From the NCBI GenBank assembly GCA_001643675.2, contig LSRY02000001.1, forward strand, positions 930,001 through 994,000: DNA of 64,000 nt, written 5' to 3'. The notes beneath the pieces are model-generated. The model saw only the letters and a list, made by a program, of their open reading frames with translations, was not told the DNA's origin and searched no databases. The position numbers and the translations under genes are program-made. The DNA comes from Monocercomonoides exilis PA203. Taxonomy: Eukaryota > Protista > Preaxostyla. Shown piece after piece: positions 23,059-35,707 of the stretch (its first letter is position 1; every line of letters begins with the position of its first letter).

Positions 23059-25077
23059 GGGTCATATTTTTATTAGATCCTATTTTTTTTATTCGATCCT
23101 ATTTTTTTAAAATCAATTATTCAGCCACCCACATTTCGATTTATTAATAGTATTTTTGGTATATAAGAAAAATATCAGCAACTGAATAAATACATTTAAA
23201 TGCATAACCTGTTTCTTGTGGGGGGGGGGGGGAATGGGGGGGTTAAAAGCCTCCCGTTGAAATTCTATCAGTTACAGGTTGGTTCCAATGAATTTAATTC
23301 AAAAAAATATGCATTTAATGCACAAAAAATTAAATTTCAATGAAAATTGAAATTTATAATAATAAATTAAATAAATTGGCTTAATGATCATAACCCAAAA
23401 AATAAAAAATGAAAAAGGAAGTTGCAAGAAAATCTACTGCGGGTCAGCTGAAGCTGCGAGAGGCTATGCTATCATTCAAATACAGACAATTTCGGAATCC
23501 GCTGGAGCGAATGGCGCACATAGTTAACGATGGAGCTGTGCGTATGGTGGACGCATACAACAGCAAAAAATTCAGCAAAATCCGAATCAAGCGTGCGGTG
23601 AAGGCTGTTCGGCAAGGAAGGCTAGTTTCAAAAATTGGAAGACCTGCTGTGGTCATTGGAGAAAAAGAGCAAACAGTGCTGGATGAAATAAAAATAGAAT
23701 CACTGTCTGGAGCAAGCTTAACCATCAAGAAAATTCGTGAACTGGTTTGTATAAATATTCTTTGAAATGTATTAATTAATATTAATTAGATTGAAAATGT
23801 TGTTAATGATTTGAAACCAGAAAACACGCCAGATGTTAAAGTCTCTGCGTCAGTTGCCTACGATTTCATCAAACGACATCCAGAGTTGAAGACATCAAAG
23901 CCAAAAATTGTTGATGCGAACAGGCTTGCCGTATCATGCCAACAAGTTCTAAAGCCCTGGTATGATATGCTCAACGGATTACATCAGAACAACAGTTACA
24001 ACAACGCACTGATTTTCAACGTGGATGAGTCTTCACTCAGGGTTCCCGACAGCTCCAATCGGAATGTCGTTCATCCGGCAAATACAAAACCCGGTTACGC
24101 TAAATCTGCTGCGCGAATGGCGAATTCTACACTGATTGCGGCGGTCGCAGCAGATGGACAATCACTTCCTTCAGTGATCCTGTGGCCGAGTCTCAAACTT
24201 CCTGATGACTTGAAGCCTCTTCAGTCTACAAATCTTGAGATTTGGCCGAACAAATCCGGATGGATAGAATCTTCAACATTTAGGAAGTATGCACTTACAA
24301 TTCTTCTCCCTTCAATCAAAGAAAGAAGGCAACGCATGTCACTCGACGAATCGCACTGCTTGCTTCTAATCGACTCCCACATTTCTCGAGCAGATCCAAC
24401 AATCTGGCGAGAGTTCAAAAAAGAAAATGTAGATGTTGTGACATTCGTCCCTCACAGCACACACATCTGCCAGCCACTGGACCGAGGTGTATTTGCCGTT
24501 CTGAAGTCAGAAATGAGTTCACAGTACGAAGCACCTTCGTCGTCGTCTTCAGCAGCGAAAAGAATAGCTCTTGTGGAAGCTCTACAACAATCAATTCATT
24601 CGGCGCTATCACCTTCGGTCATCAAAAGAGCATTCAAATGCAGCGGCGTGCTGAAAGACTCGTCTGGGCCAGTTCTGATGAAGCTTCCTCAATCATCGAC
24701 TTATCCTCTTCCTTCTCATAAAAATCGATTTGACTTCTACGGTTAAGAAATAACAGAAGAAAAGGTGCTGAATGAGTGGGATGATTATTTGAAAAAGAAA
24801 AGCGAAATGGAAAATGAAAAAGAAAACATTTCTGATGAAGAAAATGATGAAACAATGGATTTCACGAAAAAGCTGAAAAGAAAATTCAAAATACTTCAAG
24901 ATGAGAACGATATAGAGAAAAGAATCATCTGATGAAATTGAAAGAGGAAAGGGAAAAAGGAAAGTCATACGCAAATTAGATTCGAGTTTTGTATTTTTTT
25001 GAATTTTTTTTAGAATTTTTCATTTCGAAAAATTTGGGTACTAATAAAAAAAATGGGTACTAATAAAAATATGACCC
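23059..25077 (+). mobile_element. pogo/Fot1-like Tc1-mariner superfamily transposon, 2019 bp
   Basis: Perfect 18-bp TIRs GGGTCATATTTTTATTAG at 23059-23076 and 25060-25077, with an imperfect subterminal repeat extension. TA TSD on both sides. Encodes a DDE_1 transposase. Confidence 0.95.
23409..24746 (+). CDS. pogo-like DD35D transposase, ~430 aa; exons 23409-23744 and 23790-24746; C-terminal tail cut by a probable premature stop
   Basis: HTH region ..KIGRPAV.. and catalytic motifs IFNVDES, LLIDSH and QPLDRGVF, with 35 residues between D2 and D3. A 45-nt GT-AG intron (23745-23789) restores the frame. Coding-like sequence continues in frame after the TAA. Confidence 0.9.
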
Positions 25078-27023
25078 TATGCAAAAACTGGCTCCATCTC
25101 ATCTCATCAAAACAAATCACAGCAAACAACAGAGCAAGTGAAGATTCTGATTCCTATTTTGATTTCGATGAAGATTCCAATGAAAATATCAACGCCTGCG
25201 ACAGATCACAGCTGGTATCATATGCCGCAATCCAGTCTATCATTAGCTGATTATCTTTTCTTCAAATTGCCTCTTCCATTCCCTCAAACACTCTCATTTT
25301 TCGTGCAGCTGATGCAAAAAATCACTGACAAATATGGACTTTTACTCATTCCAATGTAATTTCTTCCATTTTCAGTGGGGAAAAAAATACACACCTTTTT
25401 CCTCAATTGAATCTTCTTTCAATTTTTGATTATTTTCAATAGGAAATTAAATCCATAAGTTTTCTTCGACTAAGCTAATTGGAGTTTGTGTCACAACTTA
25501 TTTTCCGAGGAATATGACAATATCAGCACAGATAAAAATATTTCTTCGGAATTTGCTCATCAAATTTCGCGTCTTCATCCAAAGAAAACTGTGATCATTA
25601 AATGCAGCTTATCTTTTCTCTCCCAATTCTTCCAACAAAATATATTTCCAGCTTTCTTCACTTTTCCAAGCATTTTTCAATCTCTTTTGCATCATCTCCT
25701 TTGTGTTTCTGTTTGTGCTTCTTTCCTTCAACATCAAATTCTTCGTTTCTTCCTTATGTCGCTCACAATCTCATATCCAATTGCAAAAATTGAAGAAATT
25801 CAATCAAATGACGTTTTCGAAGAAGAATAAGTTGCATGATATGATGTTATCGTTTTGGAAGAAGTTGAAGATGATAAATAAATGAATAAAATCAGATGTT
25901 GGAGGTTGAGAGTTGTAAAGGTGAATGAAAGCAAATATTAACTATGAAGAAAAGCAAAAATCCTTTCTTCTCGTTTTCTTCTTCCATTTTTGAATCCTCC
26001 CGGAAAATGCAAACCTCCGACTCCCTCGCACATTAAATAACACACTCTCCCTCTCAAAAACAAAAATCAGGAAACAGATTATCCCTCTTTCTTTTCTATC
26101 TTTCATTTTGTTTCTTCCACTTTCGCTTTCATTCGTTCAATCAAATCGCCTATCTTCCAAAAATAAATTTTCTCCAAAATCCAACACCTTCCATTCTTGC
26201 AAAGTCTTATTCTCCTTTAACTTATGCACGTTGCCCATCCTTTGCTTTCATTTTACTGCAATAACTCAATTTTCTTCTTCTCTCACTAAATAAATCGGTT
26301 TCTCGTTCTTTCAATTGTTTGAATCTGGTGAAAAAATTAATTCTCAAATTTCCAAATAATAATAATTATAATAAAATTTCATCATCTTTTTATTTATTTT
26401 TTATTTTTTCCCTCATTTTCTATATTCATTCGATTGACAATGTTTGTTTTCTTCAACAAAACATCATCAATCTTTTTTTTTTTTAATTCTTTCAATTTTC
26501 AAACATTTTCATGTGATATTCATCATCTGTGATGGCTTTCTTTATTTCAATTCATTTTTGCTTCAATATACCATTTTTCTGTGAAAAGTGTGATTCTTGT
26601 TATCTTTTCAATTCCGTCCTATTTCGTTGAAATATTGAATGAATCTAATACTCATCCAAAATATTTATCCACCACAGTTGTTGCGCATATTCTCTTTCCA
26701 AAATTTTAACGCATCTCTGTAATACAAAGATCATCCTCTTCAATAATTAGTCGGGTATCTATCAATGACTTTATTATTGAAATGCCGTGGCTGCCCAAAT
26801 ATTTAAATCACAAATCAAAATTCCAAAACAAATGAATCATTATCAAAAGCAAGCTCCCTCACAGGAAATGATATTTCTAATAATGTTGGAAAAATTGGTT
26901 CGCAAACTTCTTATTTAACAAAGAATATTTTCACTTTTTGAAAACTATTCGATCATTGAGTCCATTACAAAAAAAGGCTCAAGTTTGAGATCGCTGTCTT
27001 TTTTTTATTATTCTTTGTCAAAA

Positions 27024-28559
27024 ATGTTTGCACAAGAAAATCAAGTATAAATGCACATTTTTCAAGCTATTTCTGAGTTCTTTGTTTTTCATCTATTTCA
27101 TCTAACGAAACGTGTGTCCATTTGATGTGAATGATGAAAATGGCTTGCTTTCTGAATACTATGTTCTTATAAAAATGCAGGAGACGAACTACACAAAAAT
27201 GTTCAATGGTATGCAATTGTAATTGTACTTGGATTCTTGTAAATTGCATTTTTTTTTTCAGAATTGTTTTCAGAACTGGAATATTGCAATGAGGATGAAC
27301 AGAGAAAGAAAATAGAAGAAATGAATGAAATAATTAATGAAATGAATAAAGAAGAATTCTTTTATGTTTTCACAGCAAGAATATTCAACAAAATTGACAA
27401 AATGATTGAAGAAGAGAAATTATCACTTGAGAAATGCATTTTGTTTTTGAAGCACGTGAGGGATTGCAATTTCATGAAAACCATATTTAAGTTTTATTTT
27501 AGATATTCTTCGTTGGACAAAAGAATAGAGGAGATGATAATTGATGAAAGTGAGAAGAAAAAAGAAGAAAAGAACGAAAAGCTTTTAGATAATCTTTGCA
27601 AATGCTACATATCTTTGAGCTACAACTTCCCTCCAGAATTACTTTCAATCTGTGTCACCTGCCTTCTGAAAGCTGCTTTGAACAAGGTGGAAAGCGAGGA
27701 GAATCAAAAAGAGGTGGAAATAGCATTACTGGCTTTGAGTAATACTAATTATTATGTATGAGCATTGTTATATACTTTTTGATATTATTGTTTTCTTTTC
27801 TTTTATTAGGAAATTGATAAAGAACTGTATTTGAATGAAATCAAAGAAATCATAAAATATCACCTAGAACATCACAATCTCACTCATCTTGCCTATCAAT
27901 CTGCTTGGCAGTTTTTAATTTATCGATTTATCGAAGATAAAAGTTTAGAAGGAATGATTGTGAATGAGCTGCATTTTACAAGAGAGGCAGGAAGAGAATT
28001 TGAAGATCTGACAAGAAGTGTGGATTGGAAGAAAGAGAAAAAAGCTAAGGAAGATATTATAATCGAGAGATGGCTTCAAGTATTGGATTGTTATTTTTAC
28101 TATTGTCAATTGAGGAATGAAGAATACGTAGGGCTTATCAGCAGCATTGTGAGAGTGCTTCGAGCAGCAAGAGAAAACAAAAAAGAAATTAACTACCAGA
28201 GCATTTGTTCCTTGAGAAATGCAGCAGAAATTATAGATGTGAAAATTAATGACTTGTTGAAAAGCGAAGCTGTTGATGCTGTTTTAGAGGAGATTCAGCA
28301 GCCAACAATTGTTGACGAAATAACAAAAGATTTGTTGTTATTCTCCAAATATGTTTCAATGCGATTGAAAGAAGAGGAGGATGATGAAAAAGAAGAAATG
28401 AAAAGAAAGGAAGCAAAAAGGAAAGTGCTTGAAAAGATGGAAGAAGAAGGATTCGAAGATTTAATCACAAGCTTTCATAATTTATTTGATTTTCTAAACA
28501 AAAAATATTATTTTGATAAATTATCGTTGGATATTTCTGATTATTTTGTGAAAATTTGA
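27024..28559 (+). CDS. Lineage-specific alpha-helical (ARM-like) multicopy-family protein, ~430 aa, 4 exons
   Basis: GT-AG introns 27045-27180, 27209-27261 and 27756-27809 join the exons in frame: MFAQENQ|ETNYTKMFN|ELFSELEYCNEDEQ..ALLALSN..|EIDKELYLNEIKEII..DYFVKI. Confidence 0.8.
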
Positions 28560-29101
28560 GGAAATGAGGTTTTTTTTTTCAATTTGTTTCTCTCTGAATT
28601 TCTATTTTTTCTTTTCTTTTCTTTTTGATTTATTAAACTTAAAATACATTCTTTTATTGTTGTTTCTGTTACTGTTATTGTTGCTGTTGAAAAGAAACAA
28701 TTGAAAAGTCTTCATTTCAAAAAGTGCATTATAGCTTTTGAAATCACACTTTTATTCAAGTTTTGAAAATAAAATTTTTTTTTCAATGGAAATTGTTTTA
28801 ATCAAATTGTGCTTTATAAAAAACATCATACATAGCATATATAAACCTTTGTTACCTTTTTCCCCCTGAAAATCTCACTGAAAAGAAAAATATGATCAAA
28901 ATTTGAATTAAAGAATAATTTCAAAAAAGATCTGTCATTTCTATGGATATTTCAAACTTCCATTTCCTGAAAAGGATTTTTTGCATATTAAATTATATAT
29001 TTTGTTTCGGAGAAAGGAATTTGCTAACAAAAATAGTCAGTTGTTTCGGTTCCACAAATATTTCTTTATGTGTGACAATTGTTAACAATGGGTATCAGAT
29101 C

Positions 29102-29737
29102 ATGAAAATTGCAAAGCTGAACGCTGTCAAACAGCACAAAAAACCATTTCACGCTCCTGCTTCTTCCAAACCTAAATCATTACAAAAAATGTCAAAAAAG
29201 AAAGAGAAAATGTATAATTTTATAACTTCTGTTTTATATGATAACAATTAATTAATTTTTTTGCATTTTTCAATCATACTTGCAAACATTTTATTCCAGC
29301 CACGTCACAGTTCCAGAAAAAAGCAAGCAATCTGTTGTAATTGTAAAAGAAATAAAGCCAAAGAAGATCATGAAAATTTCTGGAGATACTACAAATGCGG
29401 AAAAATTTTGGCAATTGCAACGAAATAAGGGAGCAAGGGGAAGCATTTTCGCAACAAAGGCCCGACAAAATTAACGATTTTTTAATTTTCAATTAATTAT
29501 ATTTTATGCATCAATTTTAATTTAATAATTTAGGCATTTCAAGGGTCTGCTCCAAAAGCGCAACTTGGAGCACAAGAAAGACGTTCGGCTGCAGAAATAG
29601 AGAAAAAGGAACAGCAGAGAAAAAATGCAGAGATGCACCAGCGCGAGAGCCTGGCACAAACTTTGAAAGCGGATTTATTCGCAACTCCATCACTGCATTT
29701 TGATTCATTAACATTTGATGAAAATCAAATGTTGTGA
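29102..29737 (+). CDS. Small basic hypothetical protein, probably 3 exons
   Basis: Intron 29212-29299 (GT-AG) joins two ORFs in frame. An AT-rich gap at 29460-29533 ending in TTTAG leads to a further open phase-0 exon (AFQGSAPK..ENQML*). Confidence 0.5.
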
Positions 29738-30303
29738 ATTTGGTGGCATTTCCATAAACAGAAACAGGCTAAAACTTTCAATTGAACAATCAATTACATG
29801 CATAATTTAATTGATTTTAACACCCACCTCTCTGCTTTTATTTTCATTTTCATGAATCTTTCTTTGGGGATCTTTTATTTAATCACATCACTTTTATTAA
29901 CCCCATCTTCAAAACTTTGCGATTTTATTCGCTGAGGGTTTTGATCATGAAACATGAAATTCCTTTGCTCTAATTTTTGAGTTTTAAATGTCTTTCCTCA
30001 TTAAAAAGAATGATGATGCGTGTGCTTAATGCTTGAAAAATCAAAAAACATCATATAATTTGAAATAAATAGAGGGAAAATACTCAAAAGCTATTTTATT
30101 GCAAGCTATCAATAAAGGAAAGTTTAAAATAATAATTAAAATAAGTGTTTCAAATCTCAATTTTCAAAAGAGTATCTTCTTCGTATTAAAGATAATCTGC
30201 AAATGAATTCGAACAACATCATCAGAAGCATAAAGAATCAAATGCTCTGTGACTATGACTGGGAACCACTGTGTTAAACAACGCATTATAAAAAGGAGAA
30301 AGA

Positions 30304-33300
30304 TCAGACTACGTCCGCGGAAGGATGAAGTGAAGAAACTGTCGAAGAAGAAGGAGATGGAGGAGGTGTGGGCTCAAGAGAGGGGGAAAGCAAAAAAGAA
30401 GGATGAAGAAGAGAAGGCGATGGAAGAGGAGTGAGCGGAGAGGCAGAAGGAAACAGACTCCCTCCACTGCTGCTTTGCAAAGTTGGAGATGAAGCACGAG
30501 AGGACGATGTGTTTGGAACTTGAACAGAAGAAACTGTTGAAGAAGTCAAGGAAGGAGAAGAAAGGAAAACTGAAGGTGGAGTTTGAGCAGCTGCCAGGGA
30601 AGGCGAAAGAGTGAAAATTTGGGACTGAAGGAGCGAAATGGACGATGATGGGCTCAACGAAGGGGAAGAAGGAGATGAAGAACGAAAAGACGATGACGAA
30701 GAAGAAGAATTGCTGGAAACAAGGAACGAGGTGAAAGAAGGTGAAGGTGAAGTGGATGGTGAAATCGAAGAAGTTGATGGAGAGGAAGAGGAAGAGGAAG
30801 AGGAGGAAGAAGAAGAGGAAGAAGAGGAAGAGTTCGCGAAGGATGAAATTACAAGAGATTGCGCGGAAGGAGGAAGCCCAGCTTGATTTACAGAGATCGA
30901 CAGAAGAGAAGGTGAAGATGGCGGCAAAAGCGAACGCATTTCCTTGTCAATGAGCGAAGTGCCAAGCGATTCGCTTTCAGAGATGGATGAAGAAAACGGA
31001 GACTTTGCTTTCCTTCTCATCGGATTTAAAGAAGACGAAGAGGAAGAATAAGGAGATGGAGATAATGAAGGAGATGGAGGTGGAGAAGAAGAAGATGTCA
31101 ACGATGAAAATGAAGAAGTTGCTGGAGCGGTAACAGTTCGCACAATTGGTTTGAATGCAACTCTTTTCACTTTTCGCGGTGGAACAGAGTCAGACGGCAT
31201 ATCCGACTTAATCTCCTCAAAATTGAGAAGTTTTGTGTTGATAATTTTCCCGCCTTTGCCCAAACTATGCTTTGCCTCGTTGTTTGCTGCATCGTCATTT
31301 TTCCGTCTTCTTCTGCGTTTTTCTTTCTTTTCGGTTGAAAGCACCTCTTCCAGCACAAGATCGAGCTCATCATCAAGCTCATCTAAATTATCTCTTTTAT
31401 CGTTCGACAAATTGCTGCCTCTGCTCTCTTGCTCTTCATTGATCGTTTGAGTAATTCCAATTCCATCTAATTCTCCTTCGAAATCAGACACAACTTGCGT
31501 GTTCGATTCCGTGCGATCTTCTTCATCAAAACTATTCGTTGGATTATTCTCTCTTTTTTTGTTCGTCTTTGCAGAAGACTTCTTTGATGTATTGGTTCTG
31601 TGTAATTTTGCTTCCCCTTTCAGGCTATTTGATACACTTTGCATTTCTGAGAAACCTGAAGATAAAGATGCATGCTTTTCAGCAGGCATACTTTTCAAAT
31701 CAGCAGCTTTCGTCTCGTCTGCCCGAATAAATCCAACTTCTTTTTTCGAAGTTTGTTGTTTGTAATGATTTCGATGAGCAAGAGACAAACGAACTACAGA
31801 ATACTTTTCAGAGAAAGCAAACGGAATGTCAATAAACCGAGGAAGTTTTTGTGTCAGTTTTGACTTTGATGCGTCGGATTCTTCAGACAAAAGTGAGCTT
31901 GTTTGTTTAGCTGACAAAAGAAGAGGAAGAGAAGGAGGAAAAATGTCTGGAATGGAAACAGAATCCGAAGACTGAAAACCTTTATCGCTATTTGATCTCA
32001 CATTTGAAGTGAACACAGATTTTTGAAATGATTCTGGTGAATTTTTCGGTAACAAGCTTTCAAAAGGCAAAGAAGAAGAAGAAGAGGAGGAGGAGGAAGA
32101 ATAATTTTGTGAATCAAAATTGAACTGAGGCTTTTGAGGAGTTGGATTCAGAAGGGTGTGTGTCTCTCCAAAACTGGATGCAATCAAAGAAGATCCCATC
32201 CCATCCTCTTTCGGAATGAGGTGCAAACTTGATGACAGTGATGATAAGGAAGAAGAAGAAGAAGAAGAAGAAGAAGAGGAGGAGGAGGAGGAAGCAGAAG
32301 CAGAACGCTGCATCTCAGGGAAAGGAGAAGGAGATTTCGCAACCAAGGAATTTGATGCTTGAGATGAAGATGACAGAAATTCGTCAACCAAACTTGTGGA
32401 ATCCAGAGAATATGCTTCTGGACAAAAAACTTGTGGTTGAGTTGTTTTCGAAGTGGATTCTGAAGAAGAAGGAAAAAAGGAAGAAGACAAAGAAGGAGAA
32501 AATGAAGATGAAGCGGAAGAGGATAACAATGACGACGACGACGATGATGATGATGAAGTAGACGAAGAAGAAGGAAATGAAGACAGAGACTGGCTCAGAG
32601 GCAAAATTGAGCCGAAGGAGGTTTCAGAAGGCAATCCGGGCGACATCGACGGAAAGAAAGGAGACGGAGGGGTGCCTGGAATTGGGGTGAACACCCGGAT
32701 CTGAGTCATGTCCTGGTCGCTCAGAGAGACAAACGGAGAAACAGGCGACTGAACAGAGCTCTGAAGCGAAGAAGATGGAGTAGTGTGGACGATGTGGGAG
32801 AACGTGACGCTTCTTTTGAGAGTGGGCGTTTTGGACAGGCGCGCGTGAAGAGAAGGTGTTGTGGAAGGAGAAGGTGTGGGCGAGCGGGACGGGTTGCAGC
32901 TGGAGTCTGGCAGAAAGAAAGCAGAGAGCCCTTCTTTGTCTGCTGAGGGATTCAGCGTGAGGGTGTATTGAAGATCAAGTGATTGAGAGCATTGCTGAGG
33001 GGAAGCTGAGGCAGCCATAGAAGAAGAGGAAGAGGAAGAGGAAGAGGAAGAGGAAGAGGAAGACTGAGAAGAAAAAGCCGAAGAAGAAGCCGAAGAAGTT
33101 GTGGAAGCTAAAGGCGAAGGCGCTGAAGAAAGTGCACTCAAAGATGGTGAAGAAGTTGAAGGAGAAACTGAAGAAGAAGAATTAGAAGAAGAAGTCGCAG
33201 AAGCAGGAATAGTTGAAAAATCAGTCTCAAAAAACGATTTCTGTGTTTGACTCTGCTTTTGAGGATGCGGCTGTATTTGCTCAGATAAAGCAAATGAAAC

Positions 33301-35340
33301 AGGAGGTGAAGAGGCTGTGGCTGATGAAGTTGCTGATGAATTCGCAGTTTTCGCTTCTTCTTTCTGGTTAGCGTCATTTTGAGGAGTTGCATCCTGCGAC
33401 AGCTTGCGCATTCGGCAGAGTTGAGCATAGCGGGTGCTTGGGCAAATCGACAAAAACAGGGCAGAAACAGAGCAGTTCATATCTTCCTCTGTGAAAAAGA
33501 AGCAACATTTGTCTCCTTCACTTTCATTCTGTGACCCATTCGCAGCTGACAGAGGTTGCTTTGCGGCTGCAAAAGCATCTGAAGAAGAAGGTTGTGGCTT
33601 CAAGTCAGAAGTCAGATTTTGCCGAGTCTCCGATTCATTCGTTGCTTCTTTTTCATTCTTTTCTGCTATTTCACTTTTTTCCTGTTTTCCTATTTTGTCT
33701 GTTTTCTCACCCGCTTTGTCGTGTTTTTCGAGTGCAACCAGGCTCAGCGTGAGGTTGTCCGGGATGCTCCACTTCTTCTTCAGGTGTTTGATCACTGAGC
33801 CGATGGAGCACCAGCCAATGATCGTCAGCTGTGCCCTTGTGCGATGCCCCATTTTGTGGAGCAGCCTTCGCGAGGTCGCGTCAAGTGCACTCAGTCGGAG
33901 CGTTATCTGAGGCGGCGTGGCAGAAAGAAGCAGCTGACGAGTGAGAGAATAGGCGTTTGAGGAGGAAGAGGAAGAGAGAGAGGAAGAGGAAGAGGAAGGA
34001 AGCGAAGTGGGTGAATTGGATACAGAGTTTGTTGGATGAAAAGCTGATGCGTTTGAAGATGAAATGTTCTGAACCAAATTCGAAGACTGAAGAAGAGAAG
34101 GAGCCTTTGTGAGAATGCTGGCGACTTCAGAAGAAGCAAAAGGAGGCAAATGAATTGGAAGAGAAGGGGTTGGGCAAAAGCTCTTATTGTTCTGAATGAC
34201 TGGCTGGCTTCTCTGAGAAGAAGGAGGCTGAGCATTTTGTATTTGCTGTGGTGAACTTGTCGGATGTGTTGAAAAGTAGTGATGAAGATTTGCAATGAAA
34301 TTCACAACAAGCCGAGACAAAGAGGAAGGGAAAAGGGACGATAGAATAAACATCAAATTGGTTGGAGTTAACAAGGAATGCTGCGATGGAACAGAACGCG
34401 GAGAACCAGAAACAGGGAAATGCGAAGTTGAATCGGAGAAAGACAATGAAGTGTCAAAGGAGTCTGCATGAAGTTGAGCTAACTTGTTGTCTGTCTTCAT
34501 TTGACTTTGTTGTGTAGAAGTCAGAGGCGGGAAAAGAGCTGATGAAGCGTTTGAAGTGATTTTGTGGAAAGGAAATACAGAAGATGGAGAAGGCGAAAGA
34601 GAAGGCGAAGGAAAAGAAGGTGATACTGCAGAAGAGGTTGGCGAAGATACAAATTTTGCATTGGAAACTTGCTTTGATGAAGGTGGAGACGATGAAGGCG
34701 TGAGAGAAGGAGAATGTTGCTGCGGTGGCATGTGAAGTGATAGTTGGGATGGAGAAATTGAAATGCCATAAGACGAAAGAAATGAAGCTGCAGCAGAAGC
34801 CGAAGATGAAGCTGAAGAAGGAGAATGAAGAGAAGTTACGGAATGAGTAAGTGGAGATGGACCTGGTATTAACGGATTTTGAGAAGGTGAAGAAGGTCTA
34901 CTACTTGGAGGAGGAAATGAAGAAGGAGAAGGTGGGGCAGAAATCAAAGAAGGCGATGATGAACGTGAAGGAGGATTTGAAGAAGAAAACAAGCTATGGG
35001 GCTGAAATTGAGAAGAGATTTGATTCAGTTGATGATAAGATGAAAGCCTTTGACGACTGCTTTGAGTGATTTCAGATTGCAGTTGGCTATCCCCAGAATA
35101 AACAGGAAAAATCTGATGCACATCAGAAAACACAGAAATACCAGATAACTATAAAAAAAGACACAAAATCAAGTTTTTCATTTGATAAGATGATATTTTA
35201 AAATGATATTGATTATCTTTTGTTTAATTTAACTTTTGAGCTCAAACCGATTGATCTCTTTCTTCACTTCTTTTTGCATCAATATCATAATGGAATGCAT
35301 CAGTCCTGGTTCCTCTTCCAGCATTAATTAATTCAGACAT
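30304..35340 (-). CDS. ~1645-aa Ser/Pro-rich protein with a Cramped/TKI1-like conserved domain; exons 35340-35248 and 35148-30304
   Basis: Long ORF with an in-frame GT-AG intron at 35247-35149. The ordered island QITLRLSALDATSRRLLHKMGHRTRAQLTIIGWCSIGSVIKHLKKKW resembles the CRAMP1/TKI1 domain. A basic NLS-like KKEKRRRRRK is present. Confidence 0.75.
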
Positions 35341-35707
35341 GAGTATTTACTATTATATTGCATGTTAAACACATCACAAACAAATAACAAAAATAGAACA
35401 GTTTGAAATGTTTTTTGAAAGCATACATGTGCTGTTTGACTTTTTATCTTTATATTTTTAAACAGTTCGCTCTAAACAAAAAATAGATTTGTAGCAATTT
35501 GTTTTTGAACAATATTGTTGCTTATAAAGTGAAATGTTTCCAAAATACATAAACTATGTTAAGGTCGTTTGGATCTTGAAAAAATTGTTAAGGTTGACAC
35601 ATTAATCATTCATTAATCTTCATTTCTGCTCTTATTCAGTTGACCACAAAATACAGTTTCATTTTCTTCTTTTTTCATTTTAAATGAATTAAAGAAATAT
35701 TTTGACT
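35341..35707. promoter_or_regulatory. Putative bidirectional promoter region
   Basis: 367-bp AT-rich spacer between divergent ATGs at 35340 (-) and 35708 (+). Positional inference only. Confidence 0.4.

Noticed and set aside
25250-26950. Faint coding-like patches
   Set aside because: Every frame I read has frequent stops and no recognisable motif, so no product can be supported.
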